The position numbers and the translations under genes were made by a program. A stretch of 64,000 bases of DNA from Vicugna vicugna (lineage: Eukaryota), in contig MU058418.1 in NCBI GenBank assembly GCA_013265495.1, positions 1,638,917 to 1,702,916 of the forward strand. Reading direction: 5' to 3'. Positions 1 through 10,798 of the stretch are shown piece by piece. A model generated the notes under the pieces. It ran no database searches, was not told the origin of the DNA, and saw only the letters and a list, made by a program, of their open reading frames with translations. How positions within the stretch are numbered: position 1 is the first letter of the stretch; every line of letters begins with the position of its first letter.

Positions 1-118
1 CCCTTATGACCTTATATAACATTTATCACCTCACAGGCCCTGCCTCCAAATATAGTCATGTTGGGGGATTAGAGCTTCAACACATGAACTTGGAGGGGCA
101 CACAAACACTCAGTACAT
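1..118 (-). mobile_element. MaLR LTR (MLT1-type) 5' end fragment
   Basis: GGGGGATTAGAGCTTCAACACATGAACTTGGAGGGGCACAC resembles the reverse complement of the MLT1 LTR start. Confidence 0.65.
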
Positions 119-344
119 TGCAGGCTTTTAAAAAGTGTAGGTTGGTATCTGCTTTTAAGGAACTCAGGGTATGTGGTGGAAGAATATCAGGTGTATAGAC
201 AAGGAGTGTTTGAAAAGTGCCAGCAACAAGGTGTCCACAGAACATGGAGGCTGAGGGGACAGAGCCACGGAGCCCAGCTCTTGGTGCATGAGAGTGTAAG
301 TGACACTGCCTTACCTTGTCATGGAGCTGTGTAGATTATTTCCA

Positions 345-450
345 TTTTATTTTATTTTTATTGTGGTATAATTGACCTACAACACTATGTTAGTTCCAGG
401 TGCACAGCATAGTGATTGGATATTTCTTTATGTTCCAAAATGATCACCAC
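345..450 (-). mobile_element. L1 3'-end fragment
   Basis: T-rich tail followed by TTGTGGTATAATTGACCTACAACACTATGTTAGTTCCAGGTGCACAGCATAGTGATT, typical of an antisense L1 3' terminus. Confidence 0.6.
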
Positions 451-469
451 TGGAGCCATGCAATTTAAA

Positions 470-620
470 AAGCACTCTCACATTCATTACCCCACAGCAG
501 AGGTGTGAGTAGGTGGTTGTCATTTTAACCATTTTACCAAGGAGGAAACAGGCTCAGCAAGATGAAGTGACTTTCAGAGGTCACAAAGTTAGTAAGTGGC
601 AGGGTCGCTATACATGTTGC
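470..620 (-). mobile_element. MIR SINE fragment
   Basis: GAGGAAACAGGCTCAG...GTGACTT...GGTCACA...AGTAAGTGGC MIR core. Confidence 0.6.
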
Positions 621-2559
621 CGGTCTTAAGAAAGGATTCTTAAATTCTGACTGAGGTCTGTCCCCATGGCTTATCGCTTCCACTTGATAACTCGAAAACC
701 TACACATTTAGCCTTGAACTCTCTGCCAAGCTGCTGACTGCACATTAAACCATCTGTGTGAATCTGCATGTAGTTTCTCCAGAAATGCAGCTTCTCTAAC
801 AGCCTGAAATCTTTGGGTGCTTGGACTATAATATCTCCCTGTCTCCTGATGATCCTCAGGCATCTGGAGGCCCCATCCTTCTCCACCCAGAAGTCAGGGC
901 TCCAGCTGCCTCAGAAGCAGCTGTGGGGCTCGTCACAATACTCTTTCCAGTTTCTGGGTCATACCCAGAAACAGGCTTTACCTGCTGGACGGGTTTAGGG
1001 TCTTGAAATACGGATTTCAACTCCTCTTCTGCCCCCAGGTGATTCTTCTGCCCCTGAAATATTGAGACCCATGCTGAGGGAACTGCCTTTAGCCTCTCTG
1101 GCTAGTGAGGAGCCGGCAGGAGCCTGAAACCCCTCAAATGAGTGCTCATCTGTTGGTGGGCTCAGTTTCCTTACCTGGCTAGCTGCCTGGAAAGAGCCTG
1201 AGGACCTGACCACAGACACCTGGCCTGGGGACACATCACCGCAGATAGTCAAGTTAAGAAATAAAGCTCTACACATTTCATTCTCCTGCAATTATTAATA
1301 TTTACATCTGAAATGAGGAAATCCCTGGCCTTATACATATTTTATGAGTTAGAAATTACATTTCTACCTATGAGCTAAACGTACAGTGAATAATTTGTGT
1401 TTGACTTCTAAGAAAGTGATGCTTTGGAGGCAGGAGAAAGATGCTGAGAAGCAGATTTGGCCAGAGCTAAAGGAGTTAACCAAGAGGGCCCAGTTAGAGT
1501 CCCCAGGAGGCTCAGAGCCTGTCCCCAACCATGCCTCCATCACCAAGTCTTCTGGGAGGGTAGGTGCTCTGCCTCAGTCACTGGGGGAGTCCCATGTGAG
1601 GTCTCCAGTGCATCTCCTTGAGGTTACTGGCACTCGGGAGCAGCCTACTTTCTTCCGACCTAAGGTGATCCTTGAAACTGGAGCTCAGCGCTGTCTGAGG
1701 TTAAGCCCAAGTGAAGAAACCCTTCTCTCTAGCCTGCCATGCCCAGGCAGTTGTTTGGGCAAGCAGGAGGATCCTTTGTTCTATCTCCTGAATGATTTGA
1801 CCTCCCACGAAAAGCTTCTGGAGGGTAAAAGTCATCCCAATGGAGGCTCAAATGCCTCCACTTTCCCCTTGGCAGCTCAGCTGCAGGGATGAATGTTCTG
1901 AGCCCTAGGCAGTCCCCCTCAGCTGATCTCTGCTGGTTCCCTCCTGGTGTCTCTGCATCAGTGTGGGATGGCGATCAGATTCCAGGAGGAGGGAGCTGAT
2001 CTTCAGAGCTGGTCTCTTTCTGACAGGCCTGGTAGTGGTAGTGGAAGGCAAGCCAGGGCCAGACTTGGTTCTGACTGTAGAAAGGATCCCGCCCACCCTC
2101 TGGAATGGTGGCGCCCACCAACCTGAGGGCGCAGCAGCTGCTGCCCTGTTAATCCTCGGCACTGAGCACTGCCCCCCAACCTGATGCCTTCACTGCGCTG
2201 CACTGTCCCCTAGTCACTGGGGAGAGGCGTCCCTTGGGACCTCTGCCTCCACCTCTCCCCAGCCACGCTCCCCTCACAGAGGAGTTGCTTATACCCTAGG
2301 ACACCCCTCTAGAGACCAGTTTCGTTGCTGGGGGTCTTTTAAAATAAAAAATATTTCTAATAAGGACGAGCCTTCTCAGCAAGCCCCCAGATTCAGAGAT
2401 TAGCTGCCTTAGTGAAAGCTCCAAGTTCCAGGTTCTCTTACACCCATGAGTCAGCTACAAAGGTCTGTGTGGGTCTCTCAGGCTCCTTGGAGGCAAATTA
2501 TTGCCCCAGCCAGCTCTAACAGCACTCAGCAAGATGCTAGGGAAAGCAGGATGGTAGAG

Positions 2560-2660
2560 TCAGACCAACCTGGATTCAGATGTCTGCTCCTTGAAGTCAG
2601 GCAAGGTGTTTAACTTCTCTGAGCCTCAGTGTTCTCATCTGGGATGAGAAAGGGAATATT
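2560..2660 (+). mobile_element. MIR SINE fragment, interrupted by MLT1 LTR
   Basis: TTAACTTCTCTGAGCCTCAGTGTTCTCATCTG MIR core; appears to resume near 3000-3035. Confidence 0.55.
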
Positions 2661-2664
2661 AGGA

Positions 2665-2920
2665 GGCTCACGGACTGAACTGTATTCCCCGCAGTTCATG
2701 GGTTGAAACCCTCTCAGTGTGTTGGAATTTGGAGATGGAGCCTTTCAGAAACAATTAGGTTTAGATGAGCACAGAGAGGAGGCAGCCACCCACAAACCAG
2801 GAAGAGCCCTCACCAGAACCCAAACGTGCTGACTCCCTGAGCTTGGACTTTTAGCTTCCAGAACTGTTAAATAATTTCCTGTTGTTTAAGCCACTCAGTC
2901 AGCCTGAGCTGACTGAGACT
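2665..2920 (+). mobile_element. MaLR LTR (MLT1A-like), internally deleted
   Basis: GGACTGAACTGTATTCCCC start, CCAGGAAGAGCCCTCACCAGAACC, GGACTTTTAGCTTCCAGAACTG, GTTGTTTAAGCCAC end motifs. Confidence 0.7.
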
Positions 2921-3339
2921 GATGCATCTTGATGGTATTAATTATTGTGGGTTTAAATGCTTGTAAGTGCATTTAAAACATGATTAATAATTAACTGTTT
3001 GGGGTTAGATGTGTGTAAAGTGCTCGGTGCTGTTCATGAGAGACGTGTGGTAGTGACGAGTGTGTCCCCCCAGCCCCAGACACCAGCTGCTACTCCTGCT
3101 GCCAAACATGAGGTCTTGCGGGGGCGGTGACATGTAAGAGCCATCCTTCTCTTCCGGGCGAGCTAATGAATTCTCCCATCAAGGCAAGAGAAAAAGCAGA
3201 TCCTTAGACACTACCCCAAGATCTATTGTTGTCAGTTCCGGGACAGAGGAAACTGGGCTGAGCATCCTCCTTGCTAAGTGTTAGGTATTCACCTGAGCCC
3301 TTCTCTGGAAGGCGTGGCGTTTGATGGCCTTTCTGTTCA

Positions 3340-3545
3340 TTTAACAAACGTTTATTTAGCACCTACAGTATGCTACGCATTCTCTAACCCTTTACGAGTA
3401 TTAACGCATTTAAACTCCGTAACAACTCCATAATGTAGGTGTAGTTATCATCCCCCTTGGAGGACAAGGAAACTGAGGCCTGAGCAGGTCGAATGACTTG
3501 AACAAGGTCATATAGCCAGCAGGTAGAAGATCAGGATTCCAGCTC
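3340..3545 (-). mobile_element. MIR SINE
   Basis: GGAAACTGAGGCC...GACTTG...AAGGTCA core with an upstream CATT...AGCACCTAC-like segment. Confidence 0.6.
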
Positions 3546-4065
3546 GAGTCATGGCTACACTAGTGAGAGCATGTTGGTGGGGGGGTCCTGTGTCCTTTCT
3601 TTTATGTTGTCTCCCTCAAAAAACAACTGGGATCCTTTCACAGATCTCCTGGAAACCTGAGCAACTGGGATATTTCCTTGCTGTAGAATCCATACCGAAG
3701 TCCATAATTCAGTTCTTTATTCCCTTCCCAGGTGTTTAAACTAAAACAGGCAATTAGGGTATTTATTCTTTCTTTCTCCAAGTATTCATTGAGTGCCTAC
3801 GAGGTCCCGGCCCCCACAGCTGCTGTGCATGGAGGGACCACTAGCTGAAGGGCAAGTATGTGTTTTCTGCAGTGTAGCAAATGACTGAATTTCTCTTTAG
3901 ATAGAGTAAGCTATCAAAAGGTCATTCTCTTTAATGAAAAGGAGACCAAAAGGAGATAGAATTAAATCCGAGAATGTAAGAGCCAGCACAGTCCTGTTCA
4001 GCTCACAGGCTCCCTCTTTTCCCTGCGGAACTTTGGTTTCATGTAAGAGGTAAAAGGCACTTCTT

Positions 4066-4495
4066 TACTCAGAGAAAGGAAGGAACTTTTGCCATTTGCA
4101 ACAACACAGATGGACCTAGAGAATATTATGCTTAGGTATGTCAGACAGAGAAAGACAATACTGTATGATTCCACTTATATGTGGGATCTAAAAAATAAAA
4201 CAAACAAATGAATCTAACAGAACAGAAACAGGTTCACAGATATAGAGAACTAACTAGAGGTTACCGGTGGGGAAAGGGAAGGGAGAGGGGCAGGGTAGGG
4301 GTGGGGCATTAAGAGGTACAAACTACTATGTATAAAATAGATAAGCAACCGGGATATATTGTACAGCACAGGGAATATAGCCAATATTTTATAATAACTT
4401 TAAATGGAGTATAGTCTATAAAAATATTGAATCACTATGTTCTATATTTGCTGTAATATTGTGTATCAACCATACTTCAATTATAAAAAAGGTAA
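4066..4495 (+). mobile_element. 5'-truncated L1 (3'UTR) with 21-bp TSD
   Basis: L1 3'UTR motifs (GTACAGCACAGGGAATATAGCCAATATTTTATAATAAC; ACTTCAATTATAAAAAA); flanked by identical AAGAGGTAAAAGGCACTTCTT at 4045-4065 and 4496-4516. Confidence 0.85.
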
Positions 4496-5179
4496 AAGAG
4501 GTAAAAGGCACTTCTTAACCAAAAAACCCAGGGGGCAAGTCAGGGCCCAAGAGATGCACAGGCACTGAGGTGACGTCCTCCCAGGCTGGGCAAGGGCGTC
4601 CCAGGCACGCGAAGGCTGAGGGCCAGGCGGAGAGGGGAGTGAATGTACTCCAGGCACTGGGGGGACGTGTGCAGGATCAGAGGTGAGAGCCAGAGGCTGC
4701 TATGGCTAGTTTAGTATAACCAGACTCCTGACGTTTCCTCTGCCTTCCAGACCCCTGTGTCCAACCTAATCTTATCAACTGTGGGCTCTTCAGAAGCCCC
4801 TCATGATATCTAAAGCCAAACTCGTGACCTTTCCCCCACCTGCACCCTCTTACAATGAATTCAGAGAGTGGAAATGCTGTCCATCCAGTGATATAATCCT
4901 GAAACCCAGAGATTATCCTGGGTGATTCCTCTGCCTCACCCCAGTCCAGTCTTCAGCACATACTGTCCAGTTTCCTCCCTAAATAGTTTTCCAGCATGGC
5001 CTCTCTGCTGCATCTCCATTACCCCAGCTCTTCTGTCACCTGAGATACCACAGGAGGCTCCTCCCTGGCATCCCTGCATCTGCCCTTCTCTGCACTGTGC
5101 CCTGAGTCACCAGGAGATGAGTCTGGAGACTGGAAGGCAGGGACAAAATGACCAAGAGTCTTGTGCACTCGGCTAAAGA

Positions 5180-5860
5180 GTTCATTCACTCACTCGTTAT
5201 TGCCTTCAGAAACTATTCATTGAGCACCGCTACAAGCCAGACACTGTTCTAGGTGCCAGGAATGCAGTGATGAATAAAACAGAGAAGTCCCTAGTTCTCG
5301 TGGCGCTTACACCCTAGAGCTGGAAGACCGACATTAAGTACATACCAAGTCAGGGGGTCGCACGTGCTCCAGGGAAGATGACAGCAGGGAGGGGAGGTGA
5401 AGAGTGGTGGGTGCTGCTTTATGCAGGGCGGCCAAGGGAAGTATTCCAACAAGGTGAAGCTAAGCAGCAGCCTGAAGGACGTGAGGAGTGAGCCAGGGGG
5501 CTGGAGGAAGGGATATTCCAGCTGGGGGCCTAGCAGCACAAAGGTTCTCAGGCAGGATAGGGCTGACTTGCTCAGAAAGAGGAAGAAGGCCAGTGTGGTG
5601 GGTGTCGGGGGCCTGGGGGCTGGAGCAGCAGATGAGGCCAGAGAGGTAAGGACTAGGGCAGCCAGATCAGGCCTGTGGGCCAAGTGAGGTGGGTGGCACT
5701 GACTGACTTTTAAAGGATCACCACGCTGAGGACAGCCTCAGGGAGGCCACGGTGGACGAGGAGAAGCCAGTGAGGAGGTGAGAGGTGGACAAGGTGGTAG
5801 AGGAGGTGAGAAGCGGTCAGAGGCAGTGTTCACAGGAGTCATAGATGGATTGTGACCTAA
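5180..5860 (-). mobile_element. L2 LINE fragment
   Basis: TTCATTCACTC...ATTGAGCACC...CCAGACACTGTTCTAGG is the antisense L2 3' end, followed by degenerate L2 body. Confidence 0.65.
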
Positions 5861-6208
5861 GGGCCGTTGTGTTGGGAGGTGGAGGCCCGAGGGGAGCTCC
5901 GGGTCAGGGCAAACCCGAAGGGTTTAGAGCTAGCTCTGCTCTCAGTGTTGGCTCCTGGTACACAGGGCCTAGATCACCCGACTTTTCCAGACCCTGTGGC
6001 TGGAGGGCTTGAGCTTAGACTGTTCTAAACCCTGGCCAGGACTGGTCCCCTGCCTGTGGTGCATTTTCCTGCAGGAGGAGTCCTGGGAAGTGAAGCAGCC
6101 AACAATGCCCTGTACAGACCGGTCCCTGCCACTGCTGTTGCCGCAGTGAGGATGCTTGGTTCTGCCCTGCGGTGAGTCTCTGACACCCTTATCCTCACTC
6201 TGTTTCAG

Positions 6209-6331
6209 AATACAAGTCAATTGATGATTGTGAGGAGCTGGTGATCAATACTACAGCAACAATCAACAACTTATCTTACTACCAAGTGAAGAATTCCGTA
6301 ATTCAAGACAAAAAGCTATATATTGCTGAAT
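6209..6331 (+). CDS. ARMC2: ARMC2 internal coding exon (YKSIDDCEELVINTTATINNLSYYQVKNSVIQDKKLYIAE)
   Basis: tttcag| acceptor, |gtaagg donor, 123 nt, frame continuous with the next exon; armadillo-repeat sequence recognisable as ARMC2. Confidence 0.9.
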
Positions 6332-6587
6332 GTAAGGTTCAGGGTTGGGTTTGGGTACATGCATATTCATTTAAGGTTTTTGATTGTATCAGCTAAACAC
6401 AGAACTGGAAGCATTTCTATTTTCTGATTTCTAATATCTGAGAGCCTGATTTAATTCCAAGAAATTAGAATATGGAGACAAGTTATTTTTTTCATTCTTG
6501 CTAAAATCCCTTATAGTTTGAATTTTATCATCATCTTTGATTTTTAAGTTATCAGTATTTAGCATGATCTTTGGTCCCTAATAGCCT

Positions 6588-6732
6588 CTATTTATTTGTT
6601 TGTTTTATGAGGGGGAGGTAATTAGGTTTATTTATTTATTTATTTATATTTGAAGGCGGTACTGGGGATTGAACCCAGGACTTTGTGCATGCTAAGCATG
6701 CACTCTACCACTTGAGCTATACCCTCCCCCCT
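6588..6732 (-). mobile_element. Camelid-type tRNA-derived SINE (Vic-1-like)
   Basis: Reverse complement reads GGGGAGGGTATAGCTCAAGTGGTAGAGTGCATGCTTAGCATGCACAAAGTCCTGGGTTCAATCCCCAGT; TSD CTAATAGCCT at 6578-6587 and 6733-6742. Confidence 0.85.
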
Positions 6733-6794
6733 CTAATAGCCTTTAAATTAAAATTCAAATTCACTAATTTTGTTTCACTGGTCACCAAATCCAG

Positions 6795-6908
6795 TGCTTA
6801 TAAAGCTTCTTGTGAGTAACAACATGGATGGAATCCTGGAGGCTATGCGCGTTTTTGGAAATCTCTCCCAGGACCATGACATCTGCGATTTCATTGTGCA
6901 GAAAAATG
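6795..6908 (+). CDS. ARMC2: ARMC2 internal coding exon (LIKLLVSNNMDGILEAMRVFGNLSQDHDICDFIVQKN)
   Basis: ccag| acceptor, |gtgagt donor, 114 nt, phase 1-1; overlaps ORF 6770..6964. Confidence 0.92.
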
Positions 6909-7140
6909 GTGAGTTCATGACCCTCACATTCATAAACAGGCACATCTTGCCAATAAACAGCTGAACGGGTTCACAGCTTGGGTCATGACAACGTGATACT
7001 TGTTTCTGCTTTGGGACAAGTGGTGCTTTACATTCTGTTCCGTCCATCCTAAGGCTCTCAGCTCAGGATGCCAGGATGGATCCAGGCTGGGTTCTCAGTG
7101 CTCCCTTCTCCCTCATGAGTGTCTTCTGAGTTCTGAGATG

Positions 7141-7142
<2 letters not shown>

Positions 7143-7174
<32 letters not shown>
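7143..7174. repeat. (GT)n microsatellite
   Basis: Direct reading. Confidence 0.95.
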
Positions 7175-7176
<2 letters not shown>

Positions 7177-7264
7177 CAGGGAATTGAGTAATATGTACTC
7201 ATCATTTCTGTTTGTGAGAATGGACTCAGGAGACATTGTCTTTCACATACTTGAATATCTATTA

Positions 7265-7730
7265 CAACACTGCTTGTTATAGTGAGAAATGGAAACAACC
7301 TAAACGTCCATCAACAGGCAAGAGGATAAATACATTATGGTATATTCATGCAACCAAACTTCTATAGCAATTGAAATAAATGAACTAGAAGTTCATGTAT
7401 CAATGTGCATCAAAATCAACCTCAGACATACACTATTGGAAAAGAAAAGCTAGTAATAGGAGAACATATATGGAATAATGCCATTAATGGAGTTTTAAAA
7501 CCAGGAAAACAATCTTGGATATTGTTTATGTAATGTACTCATGTGGTAATGGAATAAGGTACAAATGTATTTGGAAATGATAAACTCCACATTTAAGACA
7601 AAGTGCCATTTGAATGGATGCCCCAAAATAAAACTGGATCTGTAATGTTCTATTTCTTAAACTGGGTAGCAGGTACACAAGAGTGTATACTAAAGATTAC
7701 TCTTTGTGTGTCTCAAATATTTCATGTAAA
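7265..7730 (+). mobile_element. Ancient L1 (L1ME/L1MC-like) 3' fragment
   Basis: GGAAACAACCTAAACGTCCATCAACAGG...GGATAAATACATTATGGTATATTCAT motifs. Confidence 0.6.
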
Positions 7731-8681
7731 AACAATAACTAAAAATACCTCATTATCCATGTTGGTCATAGAAAATTTAGATAATACAAATTTTTTTTAA
7801 AAAGCAGCAACAATCACCCATCATCTCACTACCCCAGAGATAACTGTTAACATTTTTAGTGGATGTTCTTTAGACTCTTAAAAACACACTTAGTTGTAAA
7901 AATAAAAACAAAAAAAACCAAAACAAAACAAGAAAATGTTTATTTGTGATGTAGCCTTTGCGAAGCTCACTGTCTGACCCATCAGGGAGTCAAAGTCAGC
8001 ACGGGGTGGCCACCTCCCAGGTGTGCAGTTGAACAGAAGCACACACCTTATCCATTCTCCCCTAAGCCTCTGCCCAGTCTGTACTGGGAGGATGAGATAC
8101 CAGGGCCGGCAGTTGCATTTCAAGGGGTAAGGAAAAACAGAGCTGGGAGCCTATCCTGATGTGAGCTGTCTCCCTGGAACTCCTGGGAGTCCTGCCTCAC
8201 CATGAGCTAGTTTGCAGCAGTCTGAGCAAGTCTTCTCTTCCAAGCTGCAGCCCTGGAAGTGAAACTTCAGGAAAGATCTCAACTCAAGCCAGCTCCCCTC
8301 CCCCAGGGCTGGGTACTTATAGAAAATGGCTGCTGGAGCTTCAAAAGATGCACATCACCTGTGTAATTGGAAGCCTGTGGTTCCCTCCTTTCCACAGGTG
8401 GGGGCTTTCTTTCTGCCTGGGAGAGGGAGCTGACACCTGCGTCAGATACAGCAGTGTCTGGGGCCAATGGACCTGAGTCGGGAGCAGGTTGTGGAGGTGG
8501 ATGTCAGTGAAGGCACTGCTGGGCTGTGGGTAAAGTCTTGGAAGGAGTGAGCTGAGTCCCCTTGCAGGGTTTCCAGCTTTGCAAGCTGCTCCCAGCTTAG
8601 TTTCCCCTTTGCCATTTGTGAAATAAGATACAGCTGAGCCCCTGAGCTTTACTGGTCTGCGTTTGTTCTCTGCCTTCCCAG

Positions 8682-8814
8682 TCCACAAATTCATGATTGC
8701 ACTGCTGGATGCGAAGCATCAGGATATTTGCTTTTCTGCCTGTGGCGTTCTCCTAAACCTCACTGTGGATAAAGACAAGCGTGTCATCCTGAAAGAAGAA
8801 GGTGGCATTAAAAA
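8682..8814 (+). CDS. ARMC2: ARMC2 internal coding exon (HKFMIALLDAKHQDICFSACGVLLNLTVDKDKRVILKEEGGIK)
   Basis: ttcccag| acceptor, |gtaagt donor, 133 nt, open frame consistent with neighbouring exons. Confidence 0.92.
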
Positions 8815-9165
8815 GTAAGTTGCAAGGCATGGAGTCCTGACTCTGTCAGGATTCAGAGGACCTAGTTTTCTAGTGGAGCTTGGGCCCCCTCTTCATTCCT
8901 CCGGGACAGAGGTGTTTCAACTTCTAGAAGCGCCAAGCTAGGGCTAAAGAGGGCATTTAGGTTCCACTGGATGCTTAAAATAATTCAGAAGTAGGTTATT
9001 GCTACTTTGTAGCTACTTAAACTTGTAGACACGAAATTGTTTTTAATAACACTTAACTGTATTTAATGCACGTTAAATATCACAGATAGTTAATCATCAC
9101 GTTAAAAATACAAAAGTGAAAGATTCTGCCCTAATAACTTCTCAGTTTGACTTTTATTAACTCAG

Positions 9166-9326
9166 GTTAGTGGATTGTTTAAGGGATTTTGGTCCTACTG
9201 ATTGGCAGCTGGCCTGCTTGGTGTGCAAAACTTTGTGGAACTTCAGTGAAAATATCACCAGTGCTTCGTCATGTTTTGGAGTTGAGACCACTGATACACT
9301 CTTAGCCCTGCTGTCGTCATTTTTAG
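9166..9326 (+). CDS. ARMC2: ARMC2 penultimate coding exon (LVDCLRDFGPTDWQLACLVCKTLWNFSENITSASSCFGVETTDTLLALLSSFL)
   Basis: ctcag| acceptor, |gtaaga donor, 161 nt, frame consistent. Confidence 0.92.
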
Positions 9327-10614
9327 GTAAGATTCCTTTGACTCTGTGAGTTTTATCAGAATACTTTTTTTGTTTGTTTGTGTTTTTCTCTCTGAGTAAA
9401 GATTGGTAGGCGTTTGGGTGGCTATGTTTATGAAAGTAACAAGAGCATGTTAAAGATGGTTATAGTTTGGAGATATCTGGAAGAGGCTGAATGTTATTTA
9501 CAGTGGGGACACAAGGACTTTTAACTTATTGTCATGGTTCCCCTCCCCTTTTTTTTGCATTTTTCTGTAGACTACGTAAATGGAAAATCTCAGCGTAAAT
9601 GGATTGCAGTTGTTTAAAAAGTATTCAGACATTGTTGTAATCGAGAAAACACGACTGAAATCTACTCTAAATTAAGTCATGCTTTTAATGAACTTACACA
9701 CTTTATTTAGCAGCTAAATTATGTAGGGGAAGGTCTGTGATACTGGCATTACAGCGGGGCTCTGCGTTGAAAGGTAGGAAATCTGTTGACACAAAGCAAA
9801 AGAAAGATGATAGTGTCTTACATTTTAAAAGTTTCTCTTTTTAGGATGATTTGTTTCATCCTGGGCTGGGTCTAACACTGATTTGGGTCAGTAAATGAGG
9901 TGAGGGTTTAATCCGTATTCCAAAATGAAGGAAACATCCCTCCCATTGCCCAGCACTGTGTGGGATCTGCAGGGCTGTGTGGAAAGGCTCAGTGTGACTC
10001 GGAGGCTGGGGGTTCAAATACTCACTCTCTTGGGTGGTGTGATTTGGCAAGAGAATCTCTCAGAACCTGTCCTTTCGTCTGTAAAATGGGGACGTGAGAT
10101 CCCTGCCCAGCTGCAGGGGGTCAGGAGGATGGAACAAGCATCCTGAGAGCACACCGGGAAGGCTGGAAGGCTGTATAGCCAGGCAGTTCTGAGTTTGTCT
10201 TGCTTGGTCACGGACAAGGTTTTAACCTTGCGCTTAACCTCTGAACTTACATTTTCTCATCTCTAAGACAGGGATGACTGGTGTCCACTTTGCAGAGCTG
10301 TTTGCATGATAAATGAACAGACTCAACACCTGACACCCAGCACGTCCTCAAAAGAGGGTTGTGAAAGTGCTTGGTAAACTCTAAGCATTGTAGTATCATG
10401 TTACTAAACCTGAACTCAGAACTAGAAGCTATTTAAAAGAGTCATGTGTACTAAGTTGATGTGAAGTTTGCTTTTTCCCAGGTAAATACAATTTTGTGTA
10501 AGAGCAGGGGGAATGAGTGTGATTTTAAATCACTGAGCTTCACAGTCTGCTCTGTGGACGGTGAGTTTTCTCAGGTTGCCTGGAGCAAAAGCGTGCTCAA
10601 TTTGCCTTAATTCA

Positions 10615-10798
10615 ATTCTTAATGGTGGCAGAACATTGGAATCAGCTGTGGAATTTAAAAAAAACCACACACATGCGTCCTGGCCCTGGGCCCAGCAATT
10701 CTGATTCAGGCACTCTGGGGTAAGGCCCATTATCTGCATCATTAAAAAAAGTTCCACAGGTGAGTCTGCCCTTGAGCCAGCACTGAGAACCTGTGCTC
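10615..10798. mobile_element. MER5-like hAT-Charlie DNA transposon
   Basis: GAATCAGCTGTGG...CCCAGCAATTCTGATTCAG...CCACAGGTGAGTCTG...CTGAGAACC pattern, ~185 bp. Confidence 0.6.

Noticed and set aside
1386..2203. 168-aa and neighbouring ORFs in the ARMC2 intron
   Set aside because: No recognisable protein features or convincing exon structure; the 168-aa ORF starts at GTG; consistent with chance.
6332..6794. Possible U12-type intron (weak pyrimidine tract)
   Set aside because: Donor is GTAAGG, not GTATCCTT; none of the donors in either gene match the U12 consensus.
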